Positions 1 to 9,361 of a DNA stretch of 64,000 bases are shown one piece after another. Every line of letters begins with the position of its first letter. Within the stretch, counting starts at the first letter, position 1. The translations under genes were made by a program, and so were the position numbers. Origin of the DNA: Candidatus Bathyarchaeota archaeon (GTDB taxonomy: Archaea; Thermoproteota; Bathyarchaeia; Bathyarchaeales; Bathycorpusculaceae); NCBI GenBank assembly GCA_963701045.1, contig OY969560.1, forward strand, positions 871,144 through 935,143, read 5' to 3'. The notes under the pieces were generated by a model. It did no database searches and was not told where the DNA came from. It saw only the letters and a list, made by a program, of their open reading frames with translations.

Positions 1-741
1 TTCTTTATCATTCAAACTCTTCATCAAAGTGTTAACCAAAATGATTTCCATGTCATACTCGCGGCAGACTTCAATAGCCTTCAGCTTCATATCTAAGAGT
101 TCTCTGCCTCTGATTTTCTTGTTGAAGTCTTCATGGAAACTGTCAAACGATAAATAGACGATGTTTAGCCCGTTATCTTTCAGTCTCTTTGCCAACCCTG
201 GCGTATCAACAAGGTGTGTCCCGTTAGTTGCCAAAATAGTCATGAATTTTAGCCTGTGGGCGGCAGCGATGATTTCAGGCATATCCTCCCGTTCTAAGGG
301 TTCTCCGCCTGAAAAGAGGATTGCTGGCGGTTTGGGGTTTGCTTTAGCTACAAACTCGAGCATGTCTATGAGTGCTTCTTTGGTTGGTTCATAATCGACT
401 TTTTCTTGCTCTGGAAAAGTTGAGAAACAAACGGCGCATTTGAAGTTGCAGCGTTTGGTTACATCAATTACTCCTATAACCGTTCCTGAAGCATGGTTGT
501 GGCAGGTTTCACAGATGTATGGGCAGCCTTGTGGGTTTTTGGGAGAGTTCAAGTCCCCGAGGTATTGGAACTGGTCATAGGTTTGCATGTGATTATAAAC
601 TTCTGTGCTTTGCCAATGTGTCGCATCAAAACTTCCGTGTTCGGGGCATTGTTTGCTGATTCTTATTTTGCCGTTAGCTTGAGTTAATTGAGCATCGATT
701 TTTTTCTGACATTCAGGACAAATACTCTTGGTTTGACTGAT
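1..741 (-). CDS. Radical SAM protein of the tetraether lipid synthase (Tes/GDGT-MAS, MJ0619) family, divergent; 3' end outside the window
   Basis: Not in the ORF track; translated by hand. Motifs: QTKSICPEC...KQCPEHG (rubredoxin-like), GCPYICETCHNH (auxiliary cluster), IDVTKRCNFKCAVCF (CX3CX2C), LFSGGEP, ATNG, VYLSFD, KLKAIEVCR. No in-frame ATG/GTG/TTG at the 5' end; ATC at 741 follows GGAGG. Confidence 0.85.
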   Translation of the reverse strand, partial: MSQTKSICPECQKKIDAQLTQANGKIRISKQCPEHGSFDATHWQSTEVYNHMQTYDQFQYLGDLNSPKNPQGCPYICETCHNHASGTVIGVIDVTKRCNFKCAVCFSTFPEQEKVDYEPTKEALIDMLEFVAKANPKPPAILFSGGEPLEREDMPEIIAAAHRLKFMTILATNGTHLVDTPGLAKRLKDNGLNIVYLSFDSFHEDFNKKIRGRELLDMKLKAIEVCREYDMEIILVNTLMKSLNDKE

Positions 742-742
742 A

Positions 743-1633
743 TTATGCCCCTCCCAATATGCGAGATATCGCCTGAACTATTAACGCTAATGGAAGCAAA
801 ATCATAGACATAGTTACAATGCGCTCATACTTGCGTATGTTCGCTACTACGGTTGAAGAGGAAGTTACCAGACTTACTGATGAGTAAATTAGAAGAGCAC
901 TCCAAAGTAGGATAAGTGGTAGATAGTAAATGTTAAAATTGCCGACAAAAATTGGTAACGGTGCTAAAATCCCAGTCAATGTAAAGAAAACTGCCGCGGC
1001 TTTAACTGAACCAGATATACCGATTTTCTTAGGCAATGTGGGGTAGCCGACTTTTAAGTCGCCTTCAAGACTAAGAACATCACGTAACACGTTTCCACCG
1101 ATTGTTCCAAAAGCAATTGGGTACAAACTTAGAGAAATCAAACTTAAGGTAGGAGGAGCAGAAACAGTTGCTTCTCCAAAAAGAAATGCGGTTCCAGTTA
1201 AAATTCCAATTAAAACGTTCGCTACAAAACCCGATTTGCGTTTAACAAGGATCGAATAAACTAAGAGCAGCGCGCAATCTATTGCTATTATTGCAAAGCT
1301 CAACAGGTTTATGTAGGCAGCCATAACTAGACCAATGGCAAAAAGCACACCTGAAACTGCCACCACTTGTTTTAAAGAGAGAGCTCCTGAGGGGATTGGT
1401 CGTTTTGGTTTGATGATAGCGTCGCTTTCTCTATCAAAGTAGTCGTTAATTGCAAAGCCTGCGGAAGTTATGAATGCCATAGAAAAGAAAATCAGCAATA
1501 GCGTTTGTAGGCTGATGTTTAAAGGATGGAGTGAAATAGCAAAAGCAGTTAGAACTGATAAGCCACCAGTCATCAGCCAGTAGGGAAGACGCAGCAGCGC
1601 GATTAATCCCTTAGCCGGCGTCGGCTTACTCAT
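743..1633 (-). CDS. UbiA-family prenyltransferase, digeranylgeranylglyceryl phosphate (DGGGP) synthase-like
   Basis: NDYFDRESDAIIKPKRPIPSG first Asp-rich motif, YSxxxKR, DVLSLEGDLKVGYPTLP second motif, multiple TM helices. Confidence 0.85.
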   Translation of the reverse strand: MSKPTPAKGLIALLRLPYWLMTGGLSVLTAFAISLHPLNISLQTLLLIFFSMAFITSAGFAINDYFDRESDAIIKPKRPIPSGALSLKQVVAVSGVLFAIGLVMAAYINLLSFAIIAIDCALLLVYSILVKRKSGFVANVLIGILTGTAFLFGEATVSAPPTLSLISLSLYPIAFGTIGGNVLRDVLSLEGDLKVGYPTLPKKIGISGSVKAAAVFFTLTGILAPLPIFVGNFNIYYLPLILLWSALLIYSSVSLVTSSSTVVANIRKYERIVTMSMILLPLALIVQAISRILGGA

Positions 1634-2574
1634 ACCGATAGTTTCCTGTCGGCAATGACTTCTTTGATGCTTTCTTCAAGAGGAATTTTCGGATTCCAAT
1701 TCAGTTCTTTTTTGGCTTTGCTTATGTCAAAGTGAATTTTTGTTACATCTCCTTGCCATGAAACACCTGTTGTTGTAACAAATGTTTTCTTTTCTAAATT
1801 GAGAATTTTCAGCATCATTTTGGCAAGGTCAAGTATAGTTATACAATTGCCATAGCCAAGGTTGAAAACTTGTCCATTGGCGAAATCTTCTGAACCTACT
1901 GTTACCAGCGCATCAACAACGTCTGAAACATTAACAAAATCTCTTGACTGCATTCCTGTGCCAATGATTTCTAATTTGCCTGGGTTCTTTGCAATTTTAT
2001 CTAAAAAGTCGTGGATTACGCCGTGGCATCTTAAGCCGTAGACGTTAGCGAATCTTGTAATAGCAATGTCTAAGCCGTATTGGCTGCGGTACATGTCGCA
2101 GTATTCTTCGCCTACCACTTTGGATAAACCATAGCATGAGAATGGGTGAAAACCATAGCTTTCAGGAGTTGGAAAAACAGTTGGATTTCCATACACAGCG
2201 GCGCTTGATGCAAAAACCACTTTAGCGTCGTTTTTGCGAGCTTTTTCCAGAACTTGCAGGGTACCTTTGGCGTTGGTTTCAAAATCTACAAGTGGATTCT
2301 CCATTGAGTAGCCAACGACAACCTGTGCTGCTAAATGGTATATTAAATCGATTTTTTCGGTGCTGAGGAGTTTTTTTAAATCAAGTATGTCTGCTTTGAT
2401 AAGTTTGACTTTGCCCACGTCTTTGACGTTTTGCATTGTGCCGCTTGATAAATTATCATAAATAACCAAGTTATCGGTTAAACCTGAGAGGCGCTTTGAC
2501 AAATGATACCCAATGAAGCCTGCGCCGCCAGTAACCATGACTTTTTTCCCTTTCAAGTCCCCCATAAAGTTCAC
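1630..2574 (-). CDS. NAD-dependent nucleotide-sugar epimerase/dehydratase (GalE-like extended SDR)
   Basis: GGAGFIG, HLAAQ, ASSAAVYG, YGLSK, RFANVYG, QSRDFV. Confidence 0.92.
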   Translation of the reverse strand: MNFMGDLKGKKVMVTGGAGFIGYHLSKRLSGLTDNLVIYDNLSSGTMQNVKDVGKVKLIKADILDLKKLLSTEKIDLIYHLAAQVVVGYSMENPLVDFETNAKGTLQVLEKARKNDAKVVFASSAAVYGNPTVFPTPESYGFHPFSCYGLSKVVGEEYCDMYRSQYGLDIAITRFANVYGLRCHGVIHDFLDKIAKNPGKLEIIGTGMQSRDFVNVSDVVDALVTVGSEDFANGQVFNLGYGNCITILDLAKMMLKILNLEKKTFVTTTGVSWQGDVTKIHFDISKAKKELNWNPKIPLEESIKEVIADRKLSV

Positions 2575-2613
2575 GACAAAGGCTATATTCTATTTTCGTT
2601 AGTTGTAGGGTAT

Positions 2614-3450
2614 ATGTCCAATGTGAAAACTATAAAAACTTTTAGGGATTTGCTATCTTTCTTAACTATAATTCCTGTTTGCGAAGATTCCAACTATATT
2701 TTTAATACAGCAGACCACATGTACCTATTCACACTCATCGGAGCCTTCATAGGAGTACTTGCAGGAGGCTACTATTTAGCCGCAAACTACCTCGTCAACT
2801 TCCTGCTAAGCGAAATCAATAACTTCATTGCGTTACCAACAGTCCTTATTGGAAGGCTTGTTGTCGCAGCTATGACCGTAGCTTTCCTGATGGTCATTAC
2901 AGGTCTTCAACATTTTGATGGAATAATCGATTTAGGAAACACATTTGGACTAAGAAACATTCAGGACCGCAAAGATGTGGCTCACGCATGGACAGTCACC
3001 TATTGGGGAGCACTGCTGGCGTTCATTGTGGAGGTTGGAGCTTTCTTTGGACTCTTTCTGATTAATCCAGTTTTTGCTTTTGGAGCAATCCTTGCAGCTG
3101 AAGCTTCAGCTAAACTTGCCATGGTCACAATCGCCTGGGTTGGCAAACCAGCGCACAAGGGGTTAGGCTCCATTTTCCTTGCAAAAGCCAAAAAGAAACT
3201 CAACATAACAGCCTACATTATTGCATTGGCAGTTTCTTTCCCAATCTTTACATGGCAGCTTGGTCTGACTAAAGGGTTGGTTTGCATGGCAATAGTTTTA
3301 GTTAGTGTTCCTGTTGCGTTTTTGATGAGGGCGATTTCTAACAGAGTGTTTGGCGGAGTTTCAGGTGACACTATTGGAGCAACTAACGAGGTGGCAAGGA
3401 CAGTTACTTTAGTTTTGCTTGCGGTTGCATTGTGGGCGTTGGCGCTATGA
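2614..3450 (+). CDS. cobS: CobS-family (cobalamin-5'-phosphate synthase-like) membrane protein, divergent
   Basis: LSFLTIIP, GLQHFDGIIDLG, FGGVSGDTIGATNE; start re-placed at ATG 2614. Confidence 0.75.
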   Translation: MSNVKTIKTFRDLLSFLTIIPVCEDSNYIFNTADHMYLFTLIGAFIGVLAGGYYLAANYLVNFLLSEINNFIALPTVLIGRLVVAAMTVAFLMVITGLQHFDGIIDLGNTFGLRNIQDRKDVAHAWTVTYWGALLAFIVEVGAFFGLFLINPVFAFGAILAAEASAKLAMVTIAWVGKPAHKGLGSIFLAKAKKKLNITAYIIALAVSFPIFTWQLGLTKGLVCMAIVLVSVPVAFLMRAISNRVFGGVSGDTIGATNEVARTVTLVLLAVALWALAL

Positions 3451-4070
3451 AGGTTCCAGCGTTAATTATGGCAGGCGGAAAAGGCTCTCGCATGGGGTTG
3501 CCAGTCGAAAAACCCCTTTTGCCCTTGCTTGGTAAACCCTTGATTGATTGGGTAACCCTAGCAGTTGCAAGCGCCAAAAACATTTCAGAGTTTTTTGTGG
3601 TAACCAGCAGCAATACAACTCAAACAGAGAAGCATTGCCAAAGCATGGGCTGGAAAATCTTGCATACAGACGCTAAAGGCTACCATAACGACCTAAAACA
3701 AGCAGCCTCAATAGCTGGGTTAACAGGTCCAATCTTAACTGTTCCGGCTGATTCACCTGCAGTTACAGGAAAATTCCTCGACAAAACCATAAACCAATTC
3801 CAACACAGTGGCAAAGATTTTTTTGCGGTTTTCATTCCCATTAAATCCCGGGAAAGCTTAGGTTTGTCTGTAGATTCCACTGATGAGTATATGGGCAAAT
3901 GGTATGCTGTTTCAGGCGTTAACATTGTTGATGGAAGCAAAATTCAGAAAGAAGGCAAAATTGAAACAAGCGCTATAATAACTGAAGAGGTTGAAGTGTT
4001 GCTAAACATTAACACGCTTATAGATTTAGAAGTCGCAGAGAAGATAATGCGCCAAAACGCAAAGTTATAA
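3447..4070 (+). CDS. cobY: CobY-like adenosylcobinamide-phosphate guanylyltransferase (NTP transferase)
   Basis: ALIMAGGKGSRM..EKPLL, GYHNDL, SGVNIV, LNINT..DL; ATGA overlap with cobS. Confidence 0.8.
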   Translation: MKVPALIMAGGKGSRMGLPVEKPLLPLLGKPLIDWVTLAVASAKNISEFFVVTSSNTTQTEKHCQSMGWKILHTDAKGYHNDLKQAASIAGLTGPILTVPADSPAVTGKFLDKTINQFQHSGKDFFAVFIPIKSRESLGLSVDSTDEYMGKWYAVSGVNIVDGSKIQKEGKIETSAIITEEVEVLLNINTLIDLEVAEKIMRQNAKL

Positions 4071-4127
4071 TTTTGGTTTCCGGTAGACCATTAAATAGAT
4101 GGATGAGATCCATGTCGATCCAGCCAA

Positions 4128-4375
4128 CATTCAACATGACCTTACAACAACCAGTGATTTTTCAGCCAAAAACCATTATTGAAAAATGACTCCGCAACTA
4201 CAACAATTATAAAACAAAACCCAAAAACATGGAAAATCCAACAACAACCAGTCAACAACCCAACAGGCAATACGGTACAAAGCAAACCAAGAACACAAGT
4301 TAAAGCACAAACTGAAAATTTGGTTGTGGCACAGGGGAGTCAAACAACAACAACCAGACAAGAAGAAAAAAAACG
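4128..4375 (+). repeat. A/C-rich dispersed repeat, copy A
   Basis: TTCAACAT..CAACCAGTG..TTTT..AACCAT..TTGAAAAA start; 33/36 nt match to copy E (ACAAAGCAAACCAArAACACAAsTTAAArCACAAAC); ends AAGAAGAAAAA. Confidence 0.7.
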
Positions 4376-4477
4376 TGCCTAAGAGCTATTGTGTTTAAGC
4401 TTGAGTTAATCTATAGTAAAAAAGAAGCTGCTTATTTTTCATGTCAGTTATCGACTCATTTTTGCTACAACCTGCTT

Positions 4478-4660
4478 ATTTCAACATGCGTTATTTGCAC
4501 AACTAGTGGATTTTGCGCTACAACCATGTTTAAAAAACACCAATTCACTACAAGCAAAACCAGAAAAACCCAAAAAACAAACCAAAGCAAAAACACAACT
4601 CAACACACAACTTTCAAAAAACCCACAGCTGCTACTACAACAACCAAAGAAGAAAAATTA
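4478..4660 (+). repeat. A/C-rich dispersed repeat, copy B
   Basis: Exact 24-mer AACCAGAAAAACCCAAAAAACAAA shared with copy E; exact 26-mer AACTCAACACACAACTTTCAAAAAAC and 14-mer CTACAACCATGTTT shared with copy D. Confidence 0.8.
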
Positions 4661-4793
4661 AGAACTAAATGTTAATCATGCGCGGACAGCTGTGGCATAA
4701 AGCAAGATTTGGTCTTTTTGCTATTTCAGGGAAATCTTTAACATTCCCAGGTAACCTATCTAACACTTGACGTCTTACGGAGGAGACTTTGAG

Positions 4794-6212
4794 TTGAGCT
4801 TGCTTAGCTACGATACTTTTTGGAACGCAGTGATAACTCTGCCTATGACCAAAAAAATGCTCAAGCTCTCGCTCAAAAAATGTCCTTCATGCGGCAGAAC
4901 CGTTCTTGAAGCAGCCTTAGATAATTACTCCGGAAAAACAGACAAGCAATGTGGCAAATGCAGCGGCCTATATTCTCAAATCATCGGTTTCTGGGTTGAA
5001 TTTCTTCGCAGAAGCTTAAACATTAAACGCGAAAAAGTTAACAAGCTCCTAGCGGACCCATACGCCAAAAGAGCTGTCTTAAACCTCGCCAGAAGCTTCA
5101 CGTACATGGGCATAAAAAAACCCATTTCACTTTATGCACCTTTCCTTATAGTTTGGGATTTTACACACAAATGCAACTTGCAATGCAAACATTGTTACTC
5201 AAACAGCGGTACAATCCGCGAAGAAGAACTCACAACAAAAGAAGCCATATCAGTTGTGGATCAGATTGCAGATTCAGGAGTTACTGCTTTGGCTTTTTCC
5301 GGCGGCGAACCGTTAACGCGAAAAGATTTTTTTGAAGTTGTACGACATGCAGCAGACCGTGGGTTATATGTGTCAGTGGCTACAAACGGCACCTTGCTAA
5401 CCAAAGAAAACGTGCAGAAACTCAAGCAGGCAGGAGTAAACTACCTTGACATAAGTATTGATGGTGCATCCGCTAAAACTCACGACGAGTTCAGAGGGGT
5501 TCCAGGAGCGTTTGATAAGGCTATGGCTGGGTTGAAAAACTGCGTAGAAGCGGATTTGTGCGTTTGCATTGCGACCACAGCTACAAAAAGCAACCTTGAA
5601 GAAATGCCGGCAATTATCGATTTGGCTGAAGAAATAGGGGCAGAAAGGTTCACAAACTTTAATTTTGTTCCTGCAGGAAGAGGCAAAGCACATTACGACC
5701 AAGACCTCTCACCTCAAGAGCGCGAGAAATTGATGCGGTACCTTTTGGCTCGAATGTCAAAGGGCTGCAAAACAACCATATTGACAACTGCACCTCAGCT
5801 AGCCCGTGTTGGATTGCAATGTCAAGGATCAAGTGGAACAGGCGAAGTAACCATGTCTATGGCACATATGCAAACCGTCAAAATTACAAAAAAAGCCGTG
5901 CCCTTAGCAGATTTTATTGGAGGATGCGGCGCCGGTAGACTTTACTGTTCATTGTCACCCCAGGGTGATGTGCATCCCTGTGTGTTTTTGCCAGTTAATG
6001 TTGGCAACCTAAAAACTGAAAAATTCGAAGACATCTGGCTTAACTCGCTACTTTTCAAGTCGTTCCGTAACAGGGCAAACCTTAAGGGTTCATGCTCCAA
6101 ATGCGATTACAAGTATATCTGTGGCGGTTGCAGGGCACGCTCGGCAGCTTACCATAACGGCGACATGCTTGATGGCGACCCTGGCTGCATAATGGGAGTG
6201 AAAGGTGCCTAG
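4794..6212 (+). CDS. Radical SAM/SPASM protein with Cys-containing N-terminal extension; resembles the GMGT synthase (Gms) family
   Basis: CPSC...CGKC N-terminus, APFLIVWDFTHKCNLQCKHCY, FSGGEP, LADFIGGCGAGRLY...PCVFLP, CSKCDYKYICGGCRAR; TTG 4794 follows GGAGGAG. Radical SAM/SPASM is secure; Gms is recalled similarity only. Confidence 0.85.
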   Translation: MSLLSYDTFWNAVITLPMTKKMLKLSLKKCPSCGRTVLEAALDNYSGKTDKQCGKCSGLYSQIIGFWVEFLRRSLNIKREKVNKLLADPYAKRAVLNLARSFTYMGIKKPISLYAPFLIVWDFTHKCNLQCKHCYSNSGTIREEELTTKEAISVVDQIADSGVTALAFSGGEPLTRKDFFEVVRHAADRGLYVSVATNGTLLTKENVQKLKQAGVNYLDISIDGASAKTHDEFRGVPGAFDKAMAGLKNCVEADLCVCIATTATKSNLEEMPAIIDLAEEIGAERFTNFNFVPAGRGKAHYDQDLSPQEREKLMRYLLARMSKGCKTTILTTAPQLARVGLQCQGSSGTGEVTMSMAHMQTVKITKKAVPLADFIGGCGAGRLYCSLSPQGDVHPCVFLPVNVGNLKTEKFEDIWLNSLLFKSFRNRANLKGSCSKCDYKYICGGCRARSAAYHNGDMLDGDPGCIMGVKGA

Positions 6213-7170
6213 ATTGCCCAACTCAAAAATTGTAAAAATCTTCCAAGCCAAAGGCGACACAAGAGACATCGTTAAACAAGCCGTCGTAGGTTCAGGGCTC
6301 CGGGGAAAACGCAAAATTTTCATTAAACCTAACCTTAGCCACCCTGAATATATCCCTGGAGTGGTTACGAGTCCAGAGTTGATGCAGCAGCTTGTCGGTT
6401 TGCTCCGGGACGGCAACAGCGAAGTGATCGTTGGCGAATCTAATGGTTTTAACTATCCGTGCTGGACTGCGTTTGACAAAACCGGCATGCAAGACGCAGT
6501 TAAACGGGCAGGCGGCACAGTGATTAACCTTTCAGAGGACAAGGTGGTTAAAGTAAAATTTGCTGACGGCGTACTGCTCAAAGAACTCTATTTGCCCAAA
6601 ACCATTCTTGACGCCGACGCTGTTGTAGATTTGCCGCTTATGAAAACCCACGAATTTGCTGCTTACAGCGGCGCCATCAAAAACCTTTTTGGGTGTATTC
6701 CGAGCAATAAACGCATCTATCTTCACCCTTACCTGCCAGAAGTATTCTTTAGGCTCTACACTGTTTTCAAGCCACAACTAACTATTATGGACGCCAGAAT
6801 TGGCATTGAAGGCAACGGCCCAACCAAAGGTAAACCCGTAAAAATGGATCTTATTTTAACAGGCAACGATGCATTAGCCATTGACATAGTTTGCACTAAA
6901 ATCATGCAATTAGATTGGAAACAAACATATCTGAACTACATAGCCAAAAAAACAAGCTTCTACGAATCAACATTAAGAGTTGATGGATTACAGGTAGACA
7001 CGGTAAGCCGCAAATTTGAACCACCCAAAATAGACTTGCCCGTGAAAGCTCAAATGATGATTTATCAACATGAATACGCCACTAAATTCCTTTTTTGCAG
7101 TTTAGATATCGTTAAGCTTTTTCAGAGGGTAACTAAGGCGTATAGGCAAGAACCAATAGAAATCGCTTAA
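6205..7170 (+). CDS. DUF362 family Fe-S protein
   Basis: IKPNL, VGES, LPLMKTH, GAIKNLFG, IMDA...EGNGP; overlaps the radical SAM stop codon. Confidence 0.85.
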   Translation: MPRLPNSKIVKIFQAKGDTRDIVKQAVVGSGLRGKRKIFIKPNLSHPEYIPGVVTSPELMQQLVGLLRDGNSEVIVGESNGFNYPCWTAFDKTGMQDAVKRAGGTVINLSEDKVVKVKFADGVLLKELYLPKTILDADAVVDLPLMKTHEFAAYSGAIKNLFGCIPSNKRIYLHPYLPEVFFRLYTVFKPQLTIMDARIGIEGNGPTKGKPVKMDLILTGNDALAIDIVCTKIMQLDWKQTYLNYIAKKTSFYESTLRVDGLQVDTVSRKFEPPKIDLPVKAQMMIYQHEYATKFLFCSLDIVKLFQRVTKAYRQEPIEIA

Positions 7171-8363
7171 CTGAGAACCTCGTCATAAACTTCCATTGCG
7201 TCTTTTACAACTATGCGCCAATCATACTGGTCCACAATGGTTTTTCTCGCCTGCTGACCCATTTCCGCCGCTTCAGATGGATGCTCAAGCAAGAAAAGAA
7301 TACGATCGCTGAACTGTTTAACGTTGAAAGGCTCAACCAAAAAGCCGTTTTTACCGCTTTCAATTGTTTCAGGAATTCCACCAACCCACGTTGTAACTAC
7401 CGGCAAACCTGACGCAAGCGCTTCTAAAACTGCAAATGGATGATGCTCATAAAAAGTGCTGAACGCGAATACGTCAGCTGCTTGGTAAAGTTTGGGCAGT
7501 TTTTTATCTGGGTAGTAGCCTGTGAAAATAAGGTTATCTTTTACACCCACTTTTTCCGCGTGAGCAATGAGTTTATGCATTTCGTCGCTTTGACCTTTGC
7601 CTGAAACCACGAATTTCGCATTTTTGAAACGTTTCATAATTGGAGGCATACTTTCAATAAGAGTAAACAATCCTTTGCGGGCATATAATCTGCCAACCGA
7701 GAGAATAAGCAAGTCATCGGGGTTAAAACCAAGCTCAGATTTGATTTTACGTTTGTCCTGGGCAGGCTGGAACTTTTTAATGTCAACCCCATTGTGGATA
7801 ACTCGGATTTTGCTTTCAGGGATATGGTAATATTCGGTGAGTTCTCTTTTTGTGAAATGACTTACCGCTATTATTTTTTTGGCTCGTTCCAGCATTTTTT
7901 CCTCAAAAATTCTTAGGAACCAATTGAAGCTTACCATGAATTTCTCGTTGGCATTGAGGCGGCTAAATGGCTCACCTCGGATAGCTTCTGCCTCCCCCTT
8001 CCAAGTTGAATGCACAGTGCAAATGGTCGCTTTTCCAAAGTTTGGTGGAACTGCAAAATTGGGAGTCAGAGGCAGGTTAACGTGTGTAACGTCTATGTCC
8101 ATGTTTGAGCGTTCACTGTTAAGTTTGCGGTAGCTGTTGGCAGCAAGAAGGAAGGATTTTACTATGGGCGTTCTGGGGATCTGAAGGAAGAACACTTTGA
8201 GTTGCTCATTAACAGTGACATCCAATGTTTGGTTGGATCCAGTTACAATGCAGATGCGGTAGCCGTTTTTGAGAAGCTCATTTGACAGGTAATAGACATA
8301 GGCACCTGTGCCGCCAGAAAGAGGCCAATACTCAGGCGAAACAAAACATATACTATGCGCCAT
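7167..8363 (-). CDS. GT4 family glycosyltransferase
   Basis: EYWP..GG, IAVS, IHNGVD, GRL..RKG, E...FAVLEALASGLPVV. Confidence 0.92.
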   Translation of the reverse strand: MAHSICFVSPEYWPLSGGTGAYVYYLSNELLKNGYRICIVTGSNQTLDVTVNEQLKVFFLQIPRTPIVKSFLLAANSYRKLNSERSNMDIDVTHVNLPLTPNFAVPPNFGKATICTVHSTWKGEAEAIRGEPFSRLNANEKFMVSFNWFLRIFEEKMLERAKKIIAVSHFTKRELTEYYHIPESKIRVIHNGVDIKKFQPAQDKRKIKSELGFNPDDLLILSVGRLYARKGLFTLIESMPPIMKRFKNAKFVVSGKGQSDEMHKLIAHAEKVGVKDNLIFTGYYPDKKLPKLYQAADVFAFSTFYEHHPFAVLEALASGLPVVTTWVGGIPETIESGKNGFLVEPFNVKQFSDRILFLLEHPSEAAEMGQQARKTIVDQYDWRIVVKDAMEVYDEVLS

Positions 8364-9357
8364 GCCTTCTTCCCCCTTTTCCCACCAAAAAGTTAACTGT
8401 TGTTTTTATTGCACCCACAAACCATGCGAAAGAACGCACAAAATACAGCACCACAAGTCGCCAAGTGGAAACGTCATGGAATTTTAATTTTATTTTCGCC
8501 GCTGAATAACCGAAATAGATAAGCATGAACGCTAAGATTGCGGCTGAAATGTACCAAAATAATCTGATTAGCGGAACTATTCCAACGATGAATGACAAGA
8601 CGGTCGCCAAAAGTAAGATGGGTTGAATGTTCATGCCGACATCAGTGATTTCGTCGCCTCGGGCTAGGTGACCATGTTTAAAGTAAAGACGTAAAGTGTT
8701 TTTGCCGTACTGCATTTGTTGGCGATAATAAGCTCGAAGAGTTGGACGGTTGAAGTGGTAACATACCGCTTTGGGTTCATAAGCTATTTTGTATCCTTTA
8801 GCGCTAACCCTGAAACCGAGGTCTGTGTCATATTGGCTTGGTAGTTCTTCATCCCATCCACCAGCTTCATCAATTAAAGCTCTCTTCATGAGCAGATTCA
8901 TGGTGGCAATGCGACCTGTATAATGTCCTATGCGACTATATCGGTTCTTGAGTTCATAGCCGATGCTTTTTGCCCAAGGATTATTGCTGTTCCAAGTTTC
9001 AATAGTTCCGCTGACTCCGGCTACTTGTGGTTCATCTAGATGAGGCACTAGAAGTCTTAGCCAATTGGGTTCAACCTTTGCGTCTGAATCAATAAAGCCC
9101 AAAATAGGGTACTTTGCGATTTTCATCACGTAGTTGTAGGCTGCTGGACAATTTAGTTTTATAGATACAACTTGGACTTGGAGTTCTTGGGCTATTTCTA
9201 ATGTTTTGTCTTTTGAGAGGCCATCCATCAAAATGACTTCAAAATGGTCTTTCGGATAATCCAGTGACAAGATGGATTTGAGACATTCCATGATGGTTAG
9301 CTCATTATTGTATGATGCCACTATGATTGAAACTTTAGGAAGTTCTTGAGCAGCCAT
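8353..9357 (-). CDS. GT2 family glycosyltransferase with C-terminal TM helices
   Basis: VSIIVASYN, DGLSKD, FIDSD (DxD), DTDLGFR, RQQMQY. Confidence 0.9.
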   Translation of the reverse strand: MAAQELPKVSIIVASYNNELTIMECLKSILSLDYPKDHFEVILMDGLSKDKTLEIAQELQVQVVSIKLNCPAAYNYVMKIAKYPILGFIDSDAKVEPNWLRLLVPHLDEPQVAGVSGTIETWNSNNPWAKSIGYELKNRYSRIGHYTGRIATMNLLMKRALIDEAGGWDEELPSQYDTDLGFRVSAKGYKIAYEPKAVCYHFNRPTLRAYYRQQMQYGKNTLRLYFKHGHLARGDEITDVGMNIQPILLLATVLSFIVGIVPLIRLFWYISAAILAFMLIYFGYSAAKIKLKFHDVSTWRLVVLYFVRSFAWFVGAIKTTVNFLVGKGGRRHGA

Positions 9358-9361
9358 CCTG

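Noticed and set aside
4128-4660. CRISPR array
   Set aside because: No regularly spaced identical repeats with unique spacers, and no cas genes.
4128-4675. Short K/T/Q/N-rich ORFs as RiPP precursors for the adjacent radical SAM/SPASM enzyme
   Set aside because: They are translations of the A/C-rich repeat; frames are not conserved among copies, and other copies lie far from any maturase.
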